Below, piece by piece: positions 17,295-27,544 of a DNA stretch of 64,000 bases; positions within the stretch are counted from its first letter, which is position 1, and each line of letters starts with the position of its first letter. Source of the stretch: an uncultured Acidobacteriota bacterium (GTDB lineage Bacteria; Acidobacteriota; Thermoanaerobaculia; Gp7-AA8). The translations under genes were made by a program, and so were the position numbers. The stretch covers positions 480,001-544,000 of the forward strand of contig CAVUKB010000010.1 in assembly GCA_963741955.1 (NCBI GenBank). Direction: 5' to 3'. Below the pieces are notes generated by a model. The model was not told the DNA's origin. It saw only the letters and a program-made list of their open reading frames with translations, and made no database searches.

Positions 17295-18785
17295 TCAGCT
17301 TACCGGGACGAAGCGGCCGCGCGCTTCGGTGCGGAGCGCTTCGATGTCCTCCCGTCTCGACTTCGACAGGGGGACCGTCGCGGCGATCTCCGCCAGCATC
17401 AGGTCGGTCGAGAGGTTCTGACTCTGCTGGATCGAGCGGTAGAGTGACGAGATCACGACCTGCTCGATCTCCGCTCCACTGAAGCCCGCCGTCGCCGCCG
17501 AGAGCCTGCCGAGATCGAACTGTGAGGGTGTCTGTCTGCGGAGCCGGAGGTGGATCCGGAGGATCTCTTCCCGCTCCGCCGGCTCGGGAAGATCGACGAA
17601 GAAGATCTCGTCGAAGCGTCCCTTCCGGAGCAGTTCGGGGGGGACGATCGAAAGATCGTTCGCGGCTCCCACTACGAAGACCCCGCTGCGCCGTTCCTGG
17701 AGCCAGCTGAGAAAGGTACCCAGCACGCGGCGGGAGAGGCCTCCGTCGGCCTCGGCGGATCCTCCCATCGCGAACGCTTTCTCGATCTCGTCGATCCAGA
17801 GAATGGCGGGAGACATCGACTCGGCGACGGTGATGGCGCGTCGGAGATTCTTTTCCGTCTCGCCGATGTACTTGTCGTAAAGACCTCCGGCGTCGAGCTT
17901 CAGGAGCGGCATCTTCCACTGGCTTGCGACGAACTTGGCGGCGAGGGACTTTCCGCAGCCCTGTACGCCCACGAGGAGGATTCCCCGGGGTGGCGGGAGA
18001 TTCAGCTCGCGCGCGCGGGGGGAGAAGCCCACTCTGGCTCGGTCGAGCCATTCCTTCAGACGGGCGAATCCACCGATCTCGAAAGCGTCGTGGTCGGCAG
18101 GACGGAATTCGAGGACTCCCCCTTCGCTGATGATCTCCGCCTTCCGTCGCAGGACTCCGTCGATGTCACGGGAATCGAGGCAGCCGTCCTCGATAGCGGC
18201 GTACGCGAGAGTCTGGCGTGCCTGCGCGAGGGTCAGGCCGGCGAGCGCCCGGGTGAGCTGCTCGACGTCCTCGCCGGTCAGTTCGACCCGGATGCGCGCG
18301 CGGCTTCTCAGAGTACGCACGACGCCATCGAGAACGCGTCTGAGCTCGGCCGGAGTGGGAAGCTGCCAGGCGAGATTGACCGCCATCGAGCGGATCTCCT
18401 CCGGAAGATCGAGCGAGGTTCCCGACAGGATCAAGGTCGACCGCGTGCCGGCGAAGCGCTGAGCCGTTTCCCGCAGTGACCGGCGGACGGAGGGGGTCTC
18501 GAGGAAAGGGGCGAAGTCCTTCAGGTGGACGATCGATTCGACTGAAAGGCCGTCTACGTGCTGGAGTGCGCCTAGAGGTTCCACCGTTCCGAAGAAAGCG
18601 GCGGTGCCGGGAACGCGTACCAGACCCTGGGTTGCCGACCAGTCGAAGAGGATCATCCGGAGCTGAGTGGCGATGTTCCGGAGGAGTGCACCAAGCCGCT
18701 CTTCCTCGGCGGTCTCGATCGTGACGATCGGATGATACGAGAGGATCAGTGCCTCGAGCTCGTGATCGATCGCAGCCGGCTGCAT
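17295..18785 (-). CDS. Ycf46-like AAA+ ATPase
   Basis: Degenerate N-terminal AAA module; Walker A GVQGCGKS, Walker B LWIDEIEK, PPELLRKGRFDEIFFVDLP. Confidence 0.9.
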   Translation of the reverse strand: MQPAAIDHELEALILSYHPIVTIETAEEERLGALLRNIATQLRMILFDWSATQGLVRVPGTAAFFGTVEPLGALQHVDGLSVESIVHLKDFAPFLETPSVRRSLRETAQRFAGTRSTLILSGTSLDLPEEIRSMAVNLAWQLPTPAELRRVLDGVVRTLRSRARIRVELTGEDVEQLTRALAGLTLAQARQTLAYAAIEDGCLDSRDIDGVLRRKAEIISEGGVLEFRPADHDAFEIGGFARLKEWLDRARVGFSPRARELNLPPPRGILLVGVQGCGKSLAAKFVASQWKMPLLKLDAGGLYDKYIGETEKNLRRAITVAESMSPAILWIDEIEKAFAMGGSAEADGGLSRRVLGTFLSWLQERRSGVFVVGAANDLSIVPPELLRKGRFDEIFFVDLPEPAEREEILRIHLRLRRQTPSQFDLGRLSAATAGFSGAEIEQVVISSLYRSIQQSQNLSTDLMLAEIAATVPLSKSRREDIEALRTEARGRFVPVS

Positions 18786-18947
18786 GGGCAGTGTCGAGAG
18801 CGTATCACAACGGCCGGAGGGAAGCCGTGCGATACCGGGCCCTTGCGTTTAGCTCGCGCCGTATTACGATAGTCGGCAGCTGAAGAGCGCCCGAGGGGCG
18901 ACTTTGCGAGCCCGCCGCCCGGATCTCGCCTGCTACCGGAGTCGCGA

Positions 18948-19688
18948 GTGGCAAAATACGCAACCAAGAGGAAAGTGGAGAGGATTCCGCTCACGCTGCC
19001 GATTCTCGGTCGCGCCGGGAATCTGGATGTCGTCATACTCGACATCAGCCTCAACGGCTGTCTCCTCGAGCACAACGCGCCCCTCCGCGTGGGAAGTGAG
19101 CTCGTGCTCGGTTTCGAGTGGAACGGCCGCGAGGTCACGTTCCGGACGACGGTGGTGCGCTGCAGTCTCGGGGCTTACGGAACCACGGACGATTCAATGA
19201 CCGTCTACCACTCGGGGTTGCTTTTCCTCGAAGGGATCGACGGATCTTCCGTGGTCCTGCGGCAGGTGATCGCATCGCAGGTCACCAAGGCGCTGGAAGA
19301 GCAGAAGGCGAACGCGCGGGGCGAGCTACCATCGTTTCTCCAGATCATCGCTGATCTGACCCTCGAGGGGATCCAGCCGATGACGCCGGAGCTGAGGGAC
19401 GAGTACGAACGACGCACTTCCGTTCGCTACTATCAGCTCGCCCGGGGACGCGGGTACGTCAACTATTCGTTCGACGGGAACCGATGGAAGCGGGTCCGGA
19501 CGAAGAAACCGGAACAGCCGGACGAAGGGTTCACCATCTGGGCGTTCGAGGACAGCGGCGAGGTGGAGCGGCTTCAGCGTGCTTACGAGCGCGGTGATGA
19601 CGTCCTGAAGAAGCTGATCCGGATCTGTGCGGAGCTGAGTCTCGCGCCGGCAGACGACGAGATGCCACCACAACGGTTCGAGCCGTGA
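18948..19688 (+). CDS. PilZ-domain protein with an unknown C-terminal domain
   Basis: RKVER (RxxxR) and DISLNG (DxSxxG) c-di-GMP motifs; GTG start. Confidence 0.8.
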   Translation: MAKYATKRKVERIPLTLPILGRAGNLDVVILDISLNGCLLEHNAPLRVGSELVLGFEWNGREVTFRTTVVRCSLGAYGTTDDSMTVYHSGLLFLEGIDGSSVVLRQVIASQVTKALEEQKANARGELPSFLQIIADLTLEGIQPMTPELRDEYERRTSVRYYQLARGRGYVNYSFDGNRWKRVRTKKPEQPDEGFTIWAFEDSGEVERLQRAYERGDDVLKKLIRICAELSLAPADDEMPPQRFEP

Positions 19689-19785
19689 ATCGCTCCGCGA
19701 AGTCGTGAAATAATCCGGCCCACGTTCCGGGGCGTGAATCCACGCTGCAGGACGGACGCGAAAACAAGGACAGGAGCAAAGCCGG

Positions 19786-20523
19786 ATGAAGTCGTACCGA
19801 ATCGCCACAGTCGCCGTCGTCGTGTTGCTCGCATTCCCGCTGTCGTCCATGGGTGCGGACGAAGAAAAACCGAAGCCGCTCTGGTCGGGAACCGCGGAGC
19901 TCTCGTATGTTTCGACCTCGGGAAATACGAAGACGCAGACGGTCGGAACCGCGACCGGGGTTCACTATCGCCCGGGAGCCTGGGACACTCAGCTCGAGGC
20001 TTCGTTCGTTCGGAGCGAATCCGACGGCGAGGAGAAAGCGCGAACGCTCACCGCGATGCTCGGAGCGGCTCGGACGATTCACAACCGGCTCCGCGGGTTC
20101 GGAGAGATCGACTACCTGAAGAACCGCTTCGCCGGCATTAACCAACGGATCTCCGAAGACGTCGGAGTGGCTTATCAGGTCGTCTCGACGGACTCGAACG
20201 ACCTGAGCATCAACGCCGGAATCGGACATACCCGGGAGGATCGCATCGAAGGAGAGGATCAGTCTTATGCGAACGGGAGGGGGGGGCTGAAGTACGCGTG
20301 GAAGTTTTCCGCGACGGCATCGCTCTCCGAAGACGCACTCTTCACGCAGAGCTTCAGCGACTCGAGGAACTGGCGGGTGGAGAACGCCCTCTCGCTCTCT
20401 GCGAAGGTCAACTCGTTTCTGTCGCTCAAGGTCTCTCACATCTTGAACTACGTGAACGCACCGGTTCCCGGATTCGGACGCACCGACACCACCACCGCCG
20501 CAGCTCTGGTGGCGAAGTTCTGA
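19786..20523 (+). CDS. DUF481 (YdiY-like) outer-membrane beta-barrel
   Basis: Signal peptide; WSGTAELSYVSTSGNT, amphipathic strands, C-terminal Phe. Confidence 0.85.
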   Translation: MKSYRIATVAVVVLLAFPLSSMGADEEKPKPLWSGTAELSYVSTSGNTKTQTVGTATGVHYRPGAWDTQLEASFVRSESDGEEKARTLTAMLGAARTIHNRLRGFGEIDYLKNRFAGINQRISEDVGVAYQVVSTDSNDLSINAGIGHTREDRIEGEDQSYANGRGGLKYAWKFSATASLSEDALFTQSFSDSRNWRVENALSLSAKVNSFLSLKVSHILNYVNAPVPGFGRTDTTTAAALVAKF

Positions 20524-20543
20524 CCTGCGCGACCCATAATGTC

Positions 20544-21467
20544 TTGAAGACCACCATCCCATTGTCGGCAGTCACTGCGATCGCGATTCTCTCGACGCAT
20601 CTGCTCGCGGCCGCAGTGCCACCGCCGCGACTGGAGATCGAAGCGCCTCCCTCTCTCGAGGGCGACGCACGACGGGCGTCGCAGATCAGCGCGGCGCGAC
20701 TCGAACTACTGACCTCGATCATCGGGTTGGAGGAGCCGGGCCCGCCGATCGTGGTGGTGCTCGCCCCGGAAACAACGCCGCTCGCCCATTCGACTCCGCC
20801 GTGGATCTCGGGGTTCGCAGTTCCGGATCAGAATGTGGTGGTGCTCTTCCCGGCGCGGGCGCACTCGTATCCCGACGACGGGTTCGAGGAACTGCTGCTG
20901 CATGAGATCACCCACGTGCTGGTGTACCGGGCCGCGGGTGGACGGGATCTCCCGCGATGGTTCCAGGAGGGGGTGGCGACGACCACAGGGCGGTCGTGGC
21001 AGCTCGAAGACCGCACGCGCTTTGCCATCGAGACCCTGGCGACGGGTGACGTGTCGCTGGCGACGATCAGCTCGATGTTCGAACGTCCGCCGCCGCAGAT
21101 CACCCGCGCCTATGCGTTCGCCGGTGCCTTCGTTCACGACCTCTTCGTCACGCGTGGAGCAGAATCGATCCGGAAGATCCTGTCGGGTGTGCGGGAGGGC
21201 GAAGATTTCCCCGTTGCGTTCCGGCAGGCGACATCGATGACCCTCGCAGACGCCGAGGCCGATTTCTGGAAACGTCATCGGAGGACGCGTTGGATCCTGA
21301 TGCTCACGAGCTCCATGGTGCTCTGGATCGTGATCACTCTTCTCGCGTTGGTGGCGATGACGGTCGCCCGAATCCGGCGGGCACGACAGCCGGACCTCGA
21401 GCTGGTCGAGATGCCTCGAGAGAGTGGGCCTCCCGAAGAGCCGGAAGATGACGAACCGGTGAACTGA
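20544..21467 (+). CDS. Peptidase MA-like zinc metalloprotease with a C-terminal TM anchor
   Basis: LLHEITH, PRWFQEGVA; start uncertain (TTG 20544). Confidence 0.8.
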   Translation: MKTTIPLSAVTAIAILSTHLLAAAVPPPRLEIEAPPSLEGDARRASQISAARLELLTSIIGLEEPGPPIVVVLAPETTPLAHSTPPWISGFAVPDQNVVVLFPARAHSYPDDGFEELLLHEITHVLVYRAAGGRDLPRWFQEGVATTTGRSWQLEDRTRFAIETLATGDVSLATISSMFERPPPQITRAYAFAGAFVHDLFVTRGAESIRKILSGVREGEDFPVAFRQATSMTLADAEADFWKRHRRTRWILMLTSSMVLWIVITLLALVAMTVARIRRARQPDLELVEMPRESGPPEEPEDDEPVN

Positions 21468-21540
21468 GATCGTTTCTGCGGAGCGGTATCGTACGCGGGA
21501 CCCGAGACGCGGAGAGGGCGCGCGAGAATGCGTACGCGGT

Positions 21541-22398
21541 GTGGTCGCGTTCTCGAATCTCGTGAGCGCGTCCACGATTTTCAGCGGGGAAACGAACCTG
21601 GCGCGACTCCGGGCGATCGTCGGGAAGTGCCGTCGTCTTCTCGTTCTGACGGGCGCCGGATGCAGCACGGAATCCGGAATTCCGGACTATCGCGATGCGG
21701 ACGGGAAGTGGAAGAAGCGCCGCCCGGTCTACTTTCAGGAGTTCATCCGGAGCCACGAAATTCGCCAGTACTACTGGGCCCGGAGCTTCCGCGGATGGCC
21801 GGAATTCTCGTGCTCCCGGCCCAACTCCGCCCACGCCGCCATCGCCGCGCTCGAGACGCAGGGGATCATCGGCGGCGTCATCACCCAGAACGTCGACCGT
21901 CTTCACCAGAAAGCGGGAAGCCGGAGGGTCATCGATCTGCACGGGCGGCTCGATCGGGTGCTCTGCCTCGACTGCGGTGCGCGAAGCGAGCGAGACGCCT
22001 TGCAGAAGAGATTGGAAGCGATGAACTCCCATTTCCAGGCGAGTGCGCGATGGGTGGCGCCGGACGGAGACGCGGAGCTTTCCCGTGACGAAGCGGCGGA
22101 GTTCCAGGTCGCGGAATGTACCGAGTGCGGCGGAATGCTCAAGCCGGATGTGGTTTTCTTCGGGGAGAACGTGCCGCTCTCTCGCGTGGAGGAATCGATC
22201 GCGCTGGTCGAGGCTGCCGATGCGCTTCTGGTTGCGGGATCATCGCTGATGGTCTGGTCGGGCTACCGCTTCGTCCGTGCAGCTGCAGCGCGCGGACTGC
22301 CGATCGCGATCGTGAACCGCGGGCTGACGCGCGCAGACGCGCTCGCGACGGTGAAAGTCTCCGAGGGGTGCGGATCGGTTCTGAGCGCGCTGATTTGA
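21541..22398 (+). CDS. cobB: NAD-dependent protein deacylase (sirtuin, SIRT4/CobB-like)
   Basis: TGAGCSTESGIPDYR, ITQNVDRLH, LHG..CLDC, APDGDA, CTECGG.LKPDVVFFGE, GSSLMV. Confidence 0.92.
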   Translation: MVAFSNLVSASTIFSGETNLARLRAIVGKCRRLLVLTGAGCSTESGIPDYRDADGKWKKRRPVYFQEFIRSHEIRQYYWARSFRGWPEFSCSRPNSAHAAIAALETQGIIGGVITQNVDRLHQKAGSRRVIDLHGRLDRVLCLDCGARSERDALQKRLEAMNSHFQASARWVAPDGDAELSRDEAAEFQVAECTECGGMLKPDVVFFGENVPLSRVEESIALVEAADALLVAGSSLMVWSGYRFVRAAAARGLPIAIVNRGLTRADALATVKVSEGCGSVLSALI

Positions 22399-22425
22399 CC
22401 GGGAGCGGTGGCACGGGGAGTGCGG

Positions 22426-23394
22426 TCACGACGCGCTTTCTGACCGGCTCCACATTTCGATCCGCCCTTTCCCGTTCCGCTTCGCCTGATACATGGCGGC
22501 GTCGGCGCGGCGGATCGCGTCGTCGGCGTCCGATGGTGGCTCGTGAAAACATGCGAGGCCGATACTGACGTCAAGCGCCGCGTCGGGCCAGGCCGATGCC
22601 GCGCGCCGAACCTGTTCCGCGATGCGCCCGGCGATCGCGACGAATCCGGCGGTATCGATCTCGTTCAGAACGATCGCAAATTCGTCTCCGGCGAGACGTG
22701 AAGCGACGTCGGTCGGACGGACCGACTCGCGGATCGCACGGGCAATGATCCGGAGAGCGTCGTCTCCGGCGAAATGACCGTAGCGGTCGTTCACCTGTTT
22801 GAAGTTGTCGACGTCGAGATAGGCGACGCAGAGTGCCGTCGAGGTGCGCCGGGATTCTTCGATCCGCCGCGTGAGATCTTCGTAGAACGCGCGAGAGTTC
22901 GGCAGCCCGGTGAGCGTGTCCGTTCGCGAAAGCTCCGTTTCGTGGCGGAGCAGCTCGTTGAGCCGGAGATTCATCCGGGCGAGGCCGTCGCGGTCACGAC
23001 GGGCCAGGAGGACGAGCTGCCCGATCGCGACGAAAATGACCAGCCGCGTGAATCCGTTCCAGTAGGAGAGGGAAGCGAGCTCCACGTGTCTCCACGCGAT
23101 GTCTGCGGCGAACCAGGCGATCCCGGAAGCGATCGACGTCACGGTCCCGGGAACTTCTCCGACGAACCAGCACGCTGCGACGATCGGAACGAGGTAGGCG
23201 AGAGACATGGCGAGATCGGGACCGGTGACGTAGTCGAACCAGCCGATCCCTCCGGTAACCAGGATCAGCGCGGTCGACATGAGGATCTGAGCGAGAGACC
23301 CTCGCAACACGATCTGCTTCGCGATCGCGCCTCCAGGAGTCCCGTCGCGATCAGAGTCCCCGAGATCCGACGATCGCCTCCGCGGCGAGCTCAT
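22426..23394 (-). CDS. Membrane-bound diguanylate cyclase (GGDEF domain)
   Basis: N-terminal TM helices; TDTLTGLPNSR, DVDNFKQVNDRYGH, RPTD I-site, RLAGDEF; ATG overlaps the upstream stop (ATGA). Confidence 0.88.
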   Translation of the reverse strand: MSSPRRRSSDLGDSDRDGTPGGAIAKQIVLRGSLAQILMSTALILVTGGIGWFDYVTGPDLAMSLAYLVPIVAACWFVGEVPGTVTSIASGIAWFAADIAWRHVELASLSYWNGFTRLVIFVAIGQLVLLARRDRDGLARMNLRLNELLRHETELSRTDTLTGLPNSRAFYEDLTRRIEESRRTSTALCVAYLDVDNFKQVNDRYGHFAGDDALRIIARAIRESVRPTDVASRLAGDEFAIVLNEIDTAGFVAIAGRIAEQVRRAASAWPDAALDVSIGLACFHEPPSDADDAIRRADAAMYQAKRNGKGRIEMWSRSESAS

Positions 23395-24725
23395 TGCCGC
23401 GGCTCGGGAGGCTGCTGATCGGAAGGCGTGGTCGAGCCCCGGGGCGCCTGTTCCGAATCTTCGAGATGTTCCGCCTTCCATCGCATGGCCATCAGAATCC
23501 GGTTCCGGCCGCTCGGGTGATCGAAGAAGAGGGTCTCCTCGACCGGTCCCGGAGCGAGCTTTCGATATTCGCCGAGCTTCAGGGAGATCGTGGCGAACCC
23601 GTCCGGCTGCCGGGCGAGATTCAGGCCGAACGCATCGGCCTCGATCTCCTGAACCCGGATGATTCCGTTGGTGACGGGAGTGAAGACGAACATCACCGCG
23701 GAGAGGAGGAGAGCGAGCAGCGGAAGTCCGGCGGGATCCGCGACCCCTTCGATCCTCCACCGGTCCCCCTTCCGCCGGAGAATCGCCTCCATTCCGTACT
23801 TCAGGATCGCGAAGGCGACCAGCACGACGATGCCGAAGAAGACGAGCATCTTGTAGACGTGGTTCAGGACGTAGTGGCCCATCTCGTGGGCCATGACCGC
23901 TTCGATCTCGGGGAGCGTCGCACGGCGTAGAAGGTTGTCGTTCAACGTGATCCGCTGTGTGCCGAAAAGGCCGCTGACGTTTGCGCTGATCCGTTTCGAC
24001 TGACGCGAGGCATCGACGACCCAGACGTCTTTCGCATCGATGCCGTTCGAGCGCGCCATCTGGAGAATGGGACCGCGGACACGCGGATCCTCGAGTTTCG
24101 TGTACTTGTTGAACAACGGCGCGATGTAAACCGGTCCGATCGCAGCGCCGAAGGTGATGAATGCGATCACCGTCACTGCACCCCAGAGCCACCATCGGCG
24201 GGGAGAGCGCCGGATCACGGCGTAGAGCGCAGCGATCAGGAGCGAACCGAAGATCGCACCGACCAGTAGCGACTTGAGCTCGTCGCCTCCCCACGCCCCG
24301 AAGGTCTGGTTGGACAACCCGTACTGGTGCTCTCGGAAGTAGCCGGAGTAGATGGAGAGAGGAAACATGAGAATCGTGGTGACGAGGAGAAATTGCAGCC
24401 AGTAGAAGACGGATTGAAGGGTCTTTCGCCGCGTGATCCGGGTCGCGACATCGCGCAGTCGCGCAGAGAGACCGGTCATGAGAAGGACGAGGTAGACCGC
24501 CGCGCCGTAAAGAAAGCTCCAGAGTTGCAGCCACTCGCCGCCCTCGAAATACGCATCGGAGCGCGCCCTCTCGGCGGGAGTGAGCGACGCGAGATAGGCG
24601 TCCGTGGCGTGGACCGCGTCGAATTTCGGAGTGCTGGCCGGCGGCTGTGCGGCCGTTGCTCCCGTCGCGATCAGGGTGAGGAGCAGCCACAGTCCCAGCA
24701 CCAGAGTCGTCGTCGATCTCGGCAT
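23391..24725 (-). CDS. M48-family (Ste24/CAAX-like) membrane metalloprotease
   Basis: TM helices; ANVSGLFGTQRITLND, AHEMGH, EIEAD, DHPSGRNRI. Confidence 0.92.
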   Translation of the reverse strand: MPRSTTTLVLGLWLLLTLIATGATAAQPPASTPKFDAVHATDAYLASLTPAERARSDAYFEGGEWLQLWSFLYGAAVYLVLLMTGLSARLRDVATRITRRKTLQSVFYWLQFLLVTTILMFPLSIYSGYFREHQYGLSNQTFGAWGGDELKSLLVGAIFGSLLIAALYAVIRRSPRRWWLWGAVTVIAFITFGAAIGPVYIAPLFNKYTKLEDPRVRGPILQMARSNGIDAKDVWVVDASRQSKRISANVSGLFGTQRITLNDNLLRRATLPEIEAVMAHEMGHYVLNHVYKMLVFFGIVVLVAFAILKYGMEAILRRKGDRWRIEGVADPAGLPLLALLLSAVMFVFTPVTNGIIRVQEIEADAFGLNLARQPDGFATISLKLGEYRKLAPGPVEETLFFDHPSGRNRILMAMRWKAEHLEDSEQAPRGSTTPSDQQPPEPRQ

Positions 24726-24890
24726 GCGGACCTCCTGAATGTCGTGCCGATCATACCGCGACTGCGAGCCGTCCGGTCTCCCCGGTCGTGGTTACCACCG
24801 TCACCGGATCGGATGCATAATTGTTCTGAATCCCGGTTCTCGGCACCCGATCGGACCAGCCATGCACCACGGCAATCGCAGGGGGAATTC

Positions 24891-25454
24891 ATGAATCAGC
24901 AGGTGAAGGTGAAAGCGGTACCGGTCAATGGTCTCGTGGAGTTCGTCGAGCGGGAGCTGACGCCCCAGCAGATTCAGTCCGTGCTGGCGAAGATGCCGCC
25001 CGAAGAGGGACGCTACTTCACCGGACATCTGCTCGCGCACGAACAGGTCCCGCTCGCGGCCGTGAATCGATACACCAGGCTCGCGGCTCAGGAGCGGGGC
25101 GAAGCGGTGACGACGTTCGCCGAGCGCGCGGGAAGATTCGGTGCGAAGCAGGGTCTGAAGACCGTCTACAAGTTCATCCTGCTGATGATCTCTCCTGAAG
25201 CCGCGCTGAAGAAGGCTCCACTGATGTGGAGCCGGGTCTACGACAGTGGCGAGATGAGCGTGGAGTCGGAGCAGGGGCACGCATTCATCCACATCAGGAA
25301 CTTCGCTCCCGACGAAGCGGGATGCGGTCGCATCACCGGATGGTTCGAGACGATCGGCGAGGCCACCGGTGCGAAGTCGATGACCGTCTCGCACGCGAAG
25401 TGCGCGGCCCACGGCGCATCCGAATGCGTCTGGGAATTCACCTGGAAGCCGTGA
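24891..25454 (+). CDS. Hypothetical protein, DUF2378/V4R-like
   Basis: ATG 24891 with GGGGG RBS; PLMWSRVYDSG, CGRITGW, C-terminal HAKCAAHGASECVWEFTW. Confidence 0.7.
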   Translation: MNQQVKVKAVPVNGLVEFVERELTPQQIQSVLAKMPPEEGRYFTGHLLAHEQVPLAAVNRYTRLAAQERGEAVTTFAERAGRFGAKQGLKTVYKFILLMISPEAALKKAPLMWSRVYDSGEMSVESEQGHAFIHIRNFAPDEAGCGRITGWFETIGEATGAKSMTVSHAKCAAHGASECVWEFTWKP

Positions 25455-25605
25455 TTCGTCACGGTCTGCGCGGCGACGCTCCCGTTACTGCCGACGGAGC
25501 GCCGCGGCTCACGCCGCGGCCGGCGGCGGAAGCCGTGCCGCACCAGTTGCGAAATTCCGAGTCAACGGATCTGCCTTCGCTGCTCCACGTACGTGACGGA
25601 GATTC

Positions 25606-27120
25606 TTACTGCGGAGGCGCGGGCGCGCCATGCTCCTTCCGCAATCTGCTGTGACGGAAGCCGTAGAATACGTAGACCACCATTCCCACCGCGAGCCAGA
25701 GGACGAAGCGGAACCAGGAGCTCGGCGGCAGATACCAGATCAGCCCCATGCAGGAGAGAACCCCGAGGATCGGGACGAGAAGCGGCCCTCCGGGAACACG
25801 GAACGGCCTTCTCCGGTCCGGATCCTTGAAACGCAGCACCGCGATTCCGATGCAGACCAGGATGAACGCGAAGAGCGTCCCGATATTCGTGAGGTCGACC
25901 ATTTCGTCGAGTGAGGTGAAGGATGCAGTCACGCCGACGGCGACGCCGGTCACGATGGTACTGACGTGCGGCGTTCCGAACTTCGGATGAACTTTGGCGA
26001 AGACCTTCGGCAGGAGTCCGTCACGGGACATGGCGAAGAAGATCCGCGGCTGACCGAGCTGGAACACCAGAAGAACCGCGGTGTGCGCGATCACCGAGCC
26101 GAGAGCGACGATCCCCACCATCCAGTTCGGCATTTCGACGAACTTCATCGCGAGCGTGAGTGGCTCTGCCTGCTGGTTGCCGAGGGTGTGTTTCAGGGCC
26201 GGGAAGGGAATCATCCCGGTGAAGACGGCTGCGACGACGATGTAGATCACGGTACAGATGATCAGCGATCCGATGATTCCGATCGGCATGTCGCGTTGAG
26301 GGTTCTTCGCCTCTTCCGCGGTCGTCGAGATCGCGTCGAAGCCGATGTAGGCGAAGAAGACGATCGCCGCGCCGGCCGCGACCCCGGTGAATCCGTTGGG
26401 AGCGAAGGGAGTCCAGTTCGCCGGCTTTACGAACTTGAAGCTGACGAACACGAAGAAGCCGAGAACCATCAGCTTCAGGACGACCATGATCAGGTTGAAG
26501 CGTGCCGACTCGCGGATCCCCCAGACCAGGATGATGGTGATGAACGCCACGATGGCGATGGCGAGAATGTTGAAAACGATCGGGACGCCGAAGACGTGAG
26601 GCGCCGAGGCGATCAGCTCGGGCATCTTCAGCGCGGCGGTGTGGTAGTCGATCGTCAGCCAGCGCGGGATGTGGATCCCGAGTCCTTCGAGGAGGGTGTT
26701 GAAGTAGTTGGCCCAGGAGATGGCGACCGCCACGTTGCCGATCGCGTATTCGAGAATGAGATCCCAGCCGATGATCCAGGCGATCAGCTCGCCCAGGGTG
26801 GCGTACGAGTACGTGTAGGCGGAACCGGCGACCGGAACCATCGACGCGAACTCGGCATAGCAGAGGGCCGTGAATCCGCAGACGATGGCAGTGATGACGA
26901 ACGAGACCATCAAAGCCGGACCCGCACCGGGACGGAGATGGTCGCCGGCGGCGGCCGTACCGATGGTGGCGAAGATTCCGGCGCCGATGATCGCGCCGAT
27001 CCCGAGGGCGATCAGATTCACCGGCCCGAGGGCCTTCTTCAGTTCGTGGCCCTTCTCGTGGGTTTCGGCGACCATTTCGTCGAGCGATTTGGTCTTGAAG
27101 AGTTGCGAGAGAAAGGACAT
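25606..27120 (-). CDS. APC-superfamily amino acid permease
   Basis: LGIGAIIGAGIF, CYAEFASMVPVAGSAYTY, FFAYIGFDA, PRIFFAMSRDGLLP. Confidence 0.95.
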   Translation of the reverse strand: MSFLSQLFKTKSLDEMVAETHEKGHELKKALGPVNLIALGIGAIIGAGIFATIGTAAAGDHLRPGAGPALMVSFVITAIVCGFTALCYAEFASMVPVAGSAYTYSYATLGELIAWIIGWDLILEYAIGNVAVAISWANYFNTLLEGLGIHIPRWLTIDYHTAALKMPELIASAPHVFGVPIVFNILAIAIVAFITIILVWGIRESARFNLIMVVLKLMVLGFFVFVSFKFVKPANWTPFAPNGFTGVAAGAAIVFFAYIGFDAISTTAEEAKNPQRDMPIGIIGSLIICTVIYIVVAAVFTGMIPFPALKHTLGNQQAEPLTLAMKFVEMPNWMVGIVALGSVIAHTAVLLVFQLGQPRIFFAMSRDGLLPKVFAKVHPKFGTPHVSTIVTGVAVGVTASFTSLDEMVDLTNIGTLFAFILVCIGIAVLRFKDPDRRRPFRVPGGPLLVPILGVLSCMGLIWYLPPSSWFRFVLWLAVGMVVYVFYGFRHSRLRKEHGAPAPPQ

Positions 27121-27262
27121 TCGTTCTCCTCGTTCTTCAGTCGAACCGCCCGAAGTGCTCAGCCGCTGTTCCGGACTTTCGGACGAGTCCGGCGAGCCTA
27201 TCGTAAAATCGCGCCGGCTGCATCCCCCGCGCGCAGATCCGGCCACGAAGGAGGACCCGAAG

Positions 27263-27544
27263 ATGATACCGAAAGCTCCATTGAAACAGCGAGCGGCGGA
27301 CGTCGCGACCGAGCTGCTCGCGTTCGCCGGCGAGCACCCGGAGGGAGATGCGAACGGCGAGGGAGGGATTCCGTTGCGAAACATTCCATTCGCGCTTCGA
27401 GGGCGTTTCATCGACGTCCGCTCGGCGCTCTTCGAGCGCGGAGTGTACGACCCGATCCTCGCGCGCTTCGACAGCTTCACGGTCCAGCAGGCGTCGACGA
27501 AGAGGGTCGCGGAAGCACTCCGCAATGTTGGGGCGACTCTGTAG
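27263..27544 (+). CDS. Small hypothetical protein (93 aa)
   Basis: RBS AAGGAGG before ATG 27263; protein-like composition. Confidence 0.6.
   Translation: MIPKAPLKQRAADVATELLAFAGEHPEGDANGEGGIPLRNIPFALRGRFIDVRSALFERGVYDPILARFDSFTVQQASTKRVAEALRNVGATL

Noticed and set aside
15146-22398. Kinase + AAA ATPase + sirtuin as an anti-phage system
   Set aside because: The genes are not co-transcribed and are interspersed with envelope genes; the sirtuin is the zinc-containing housekeeping deacylase type, not a ThsA/DSR-like NADase
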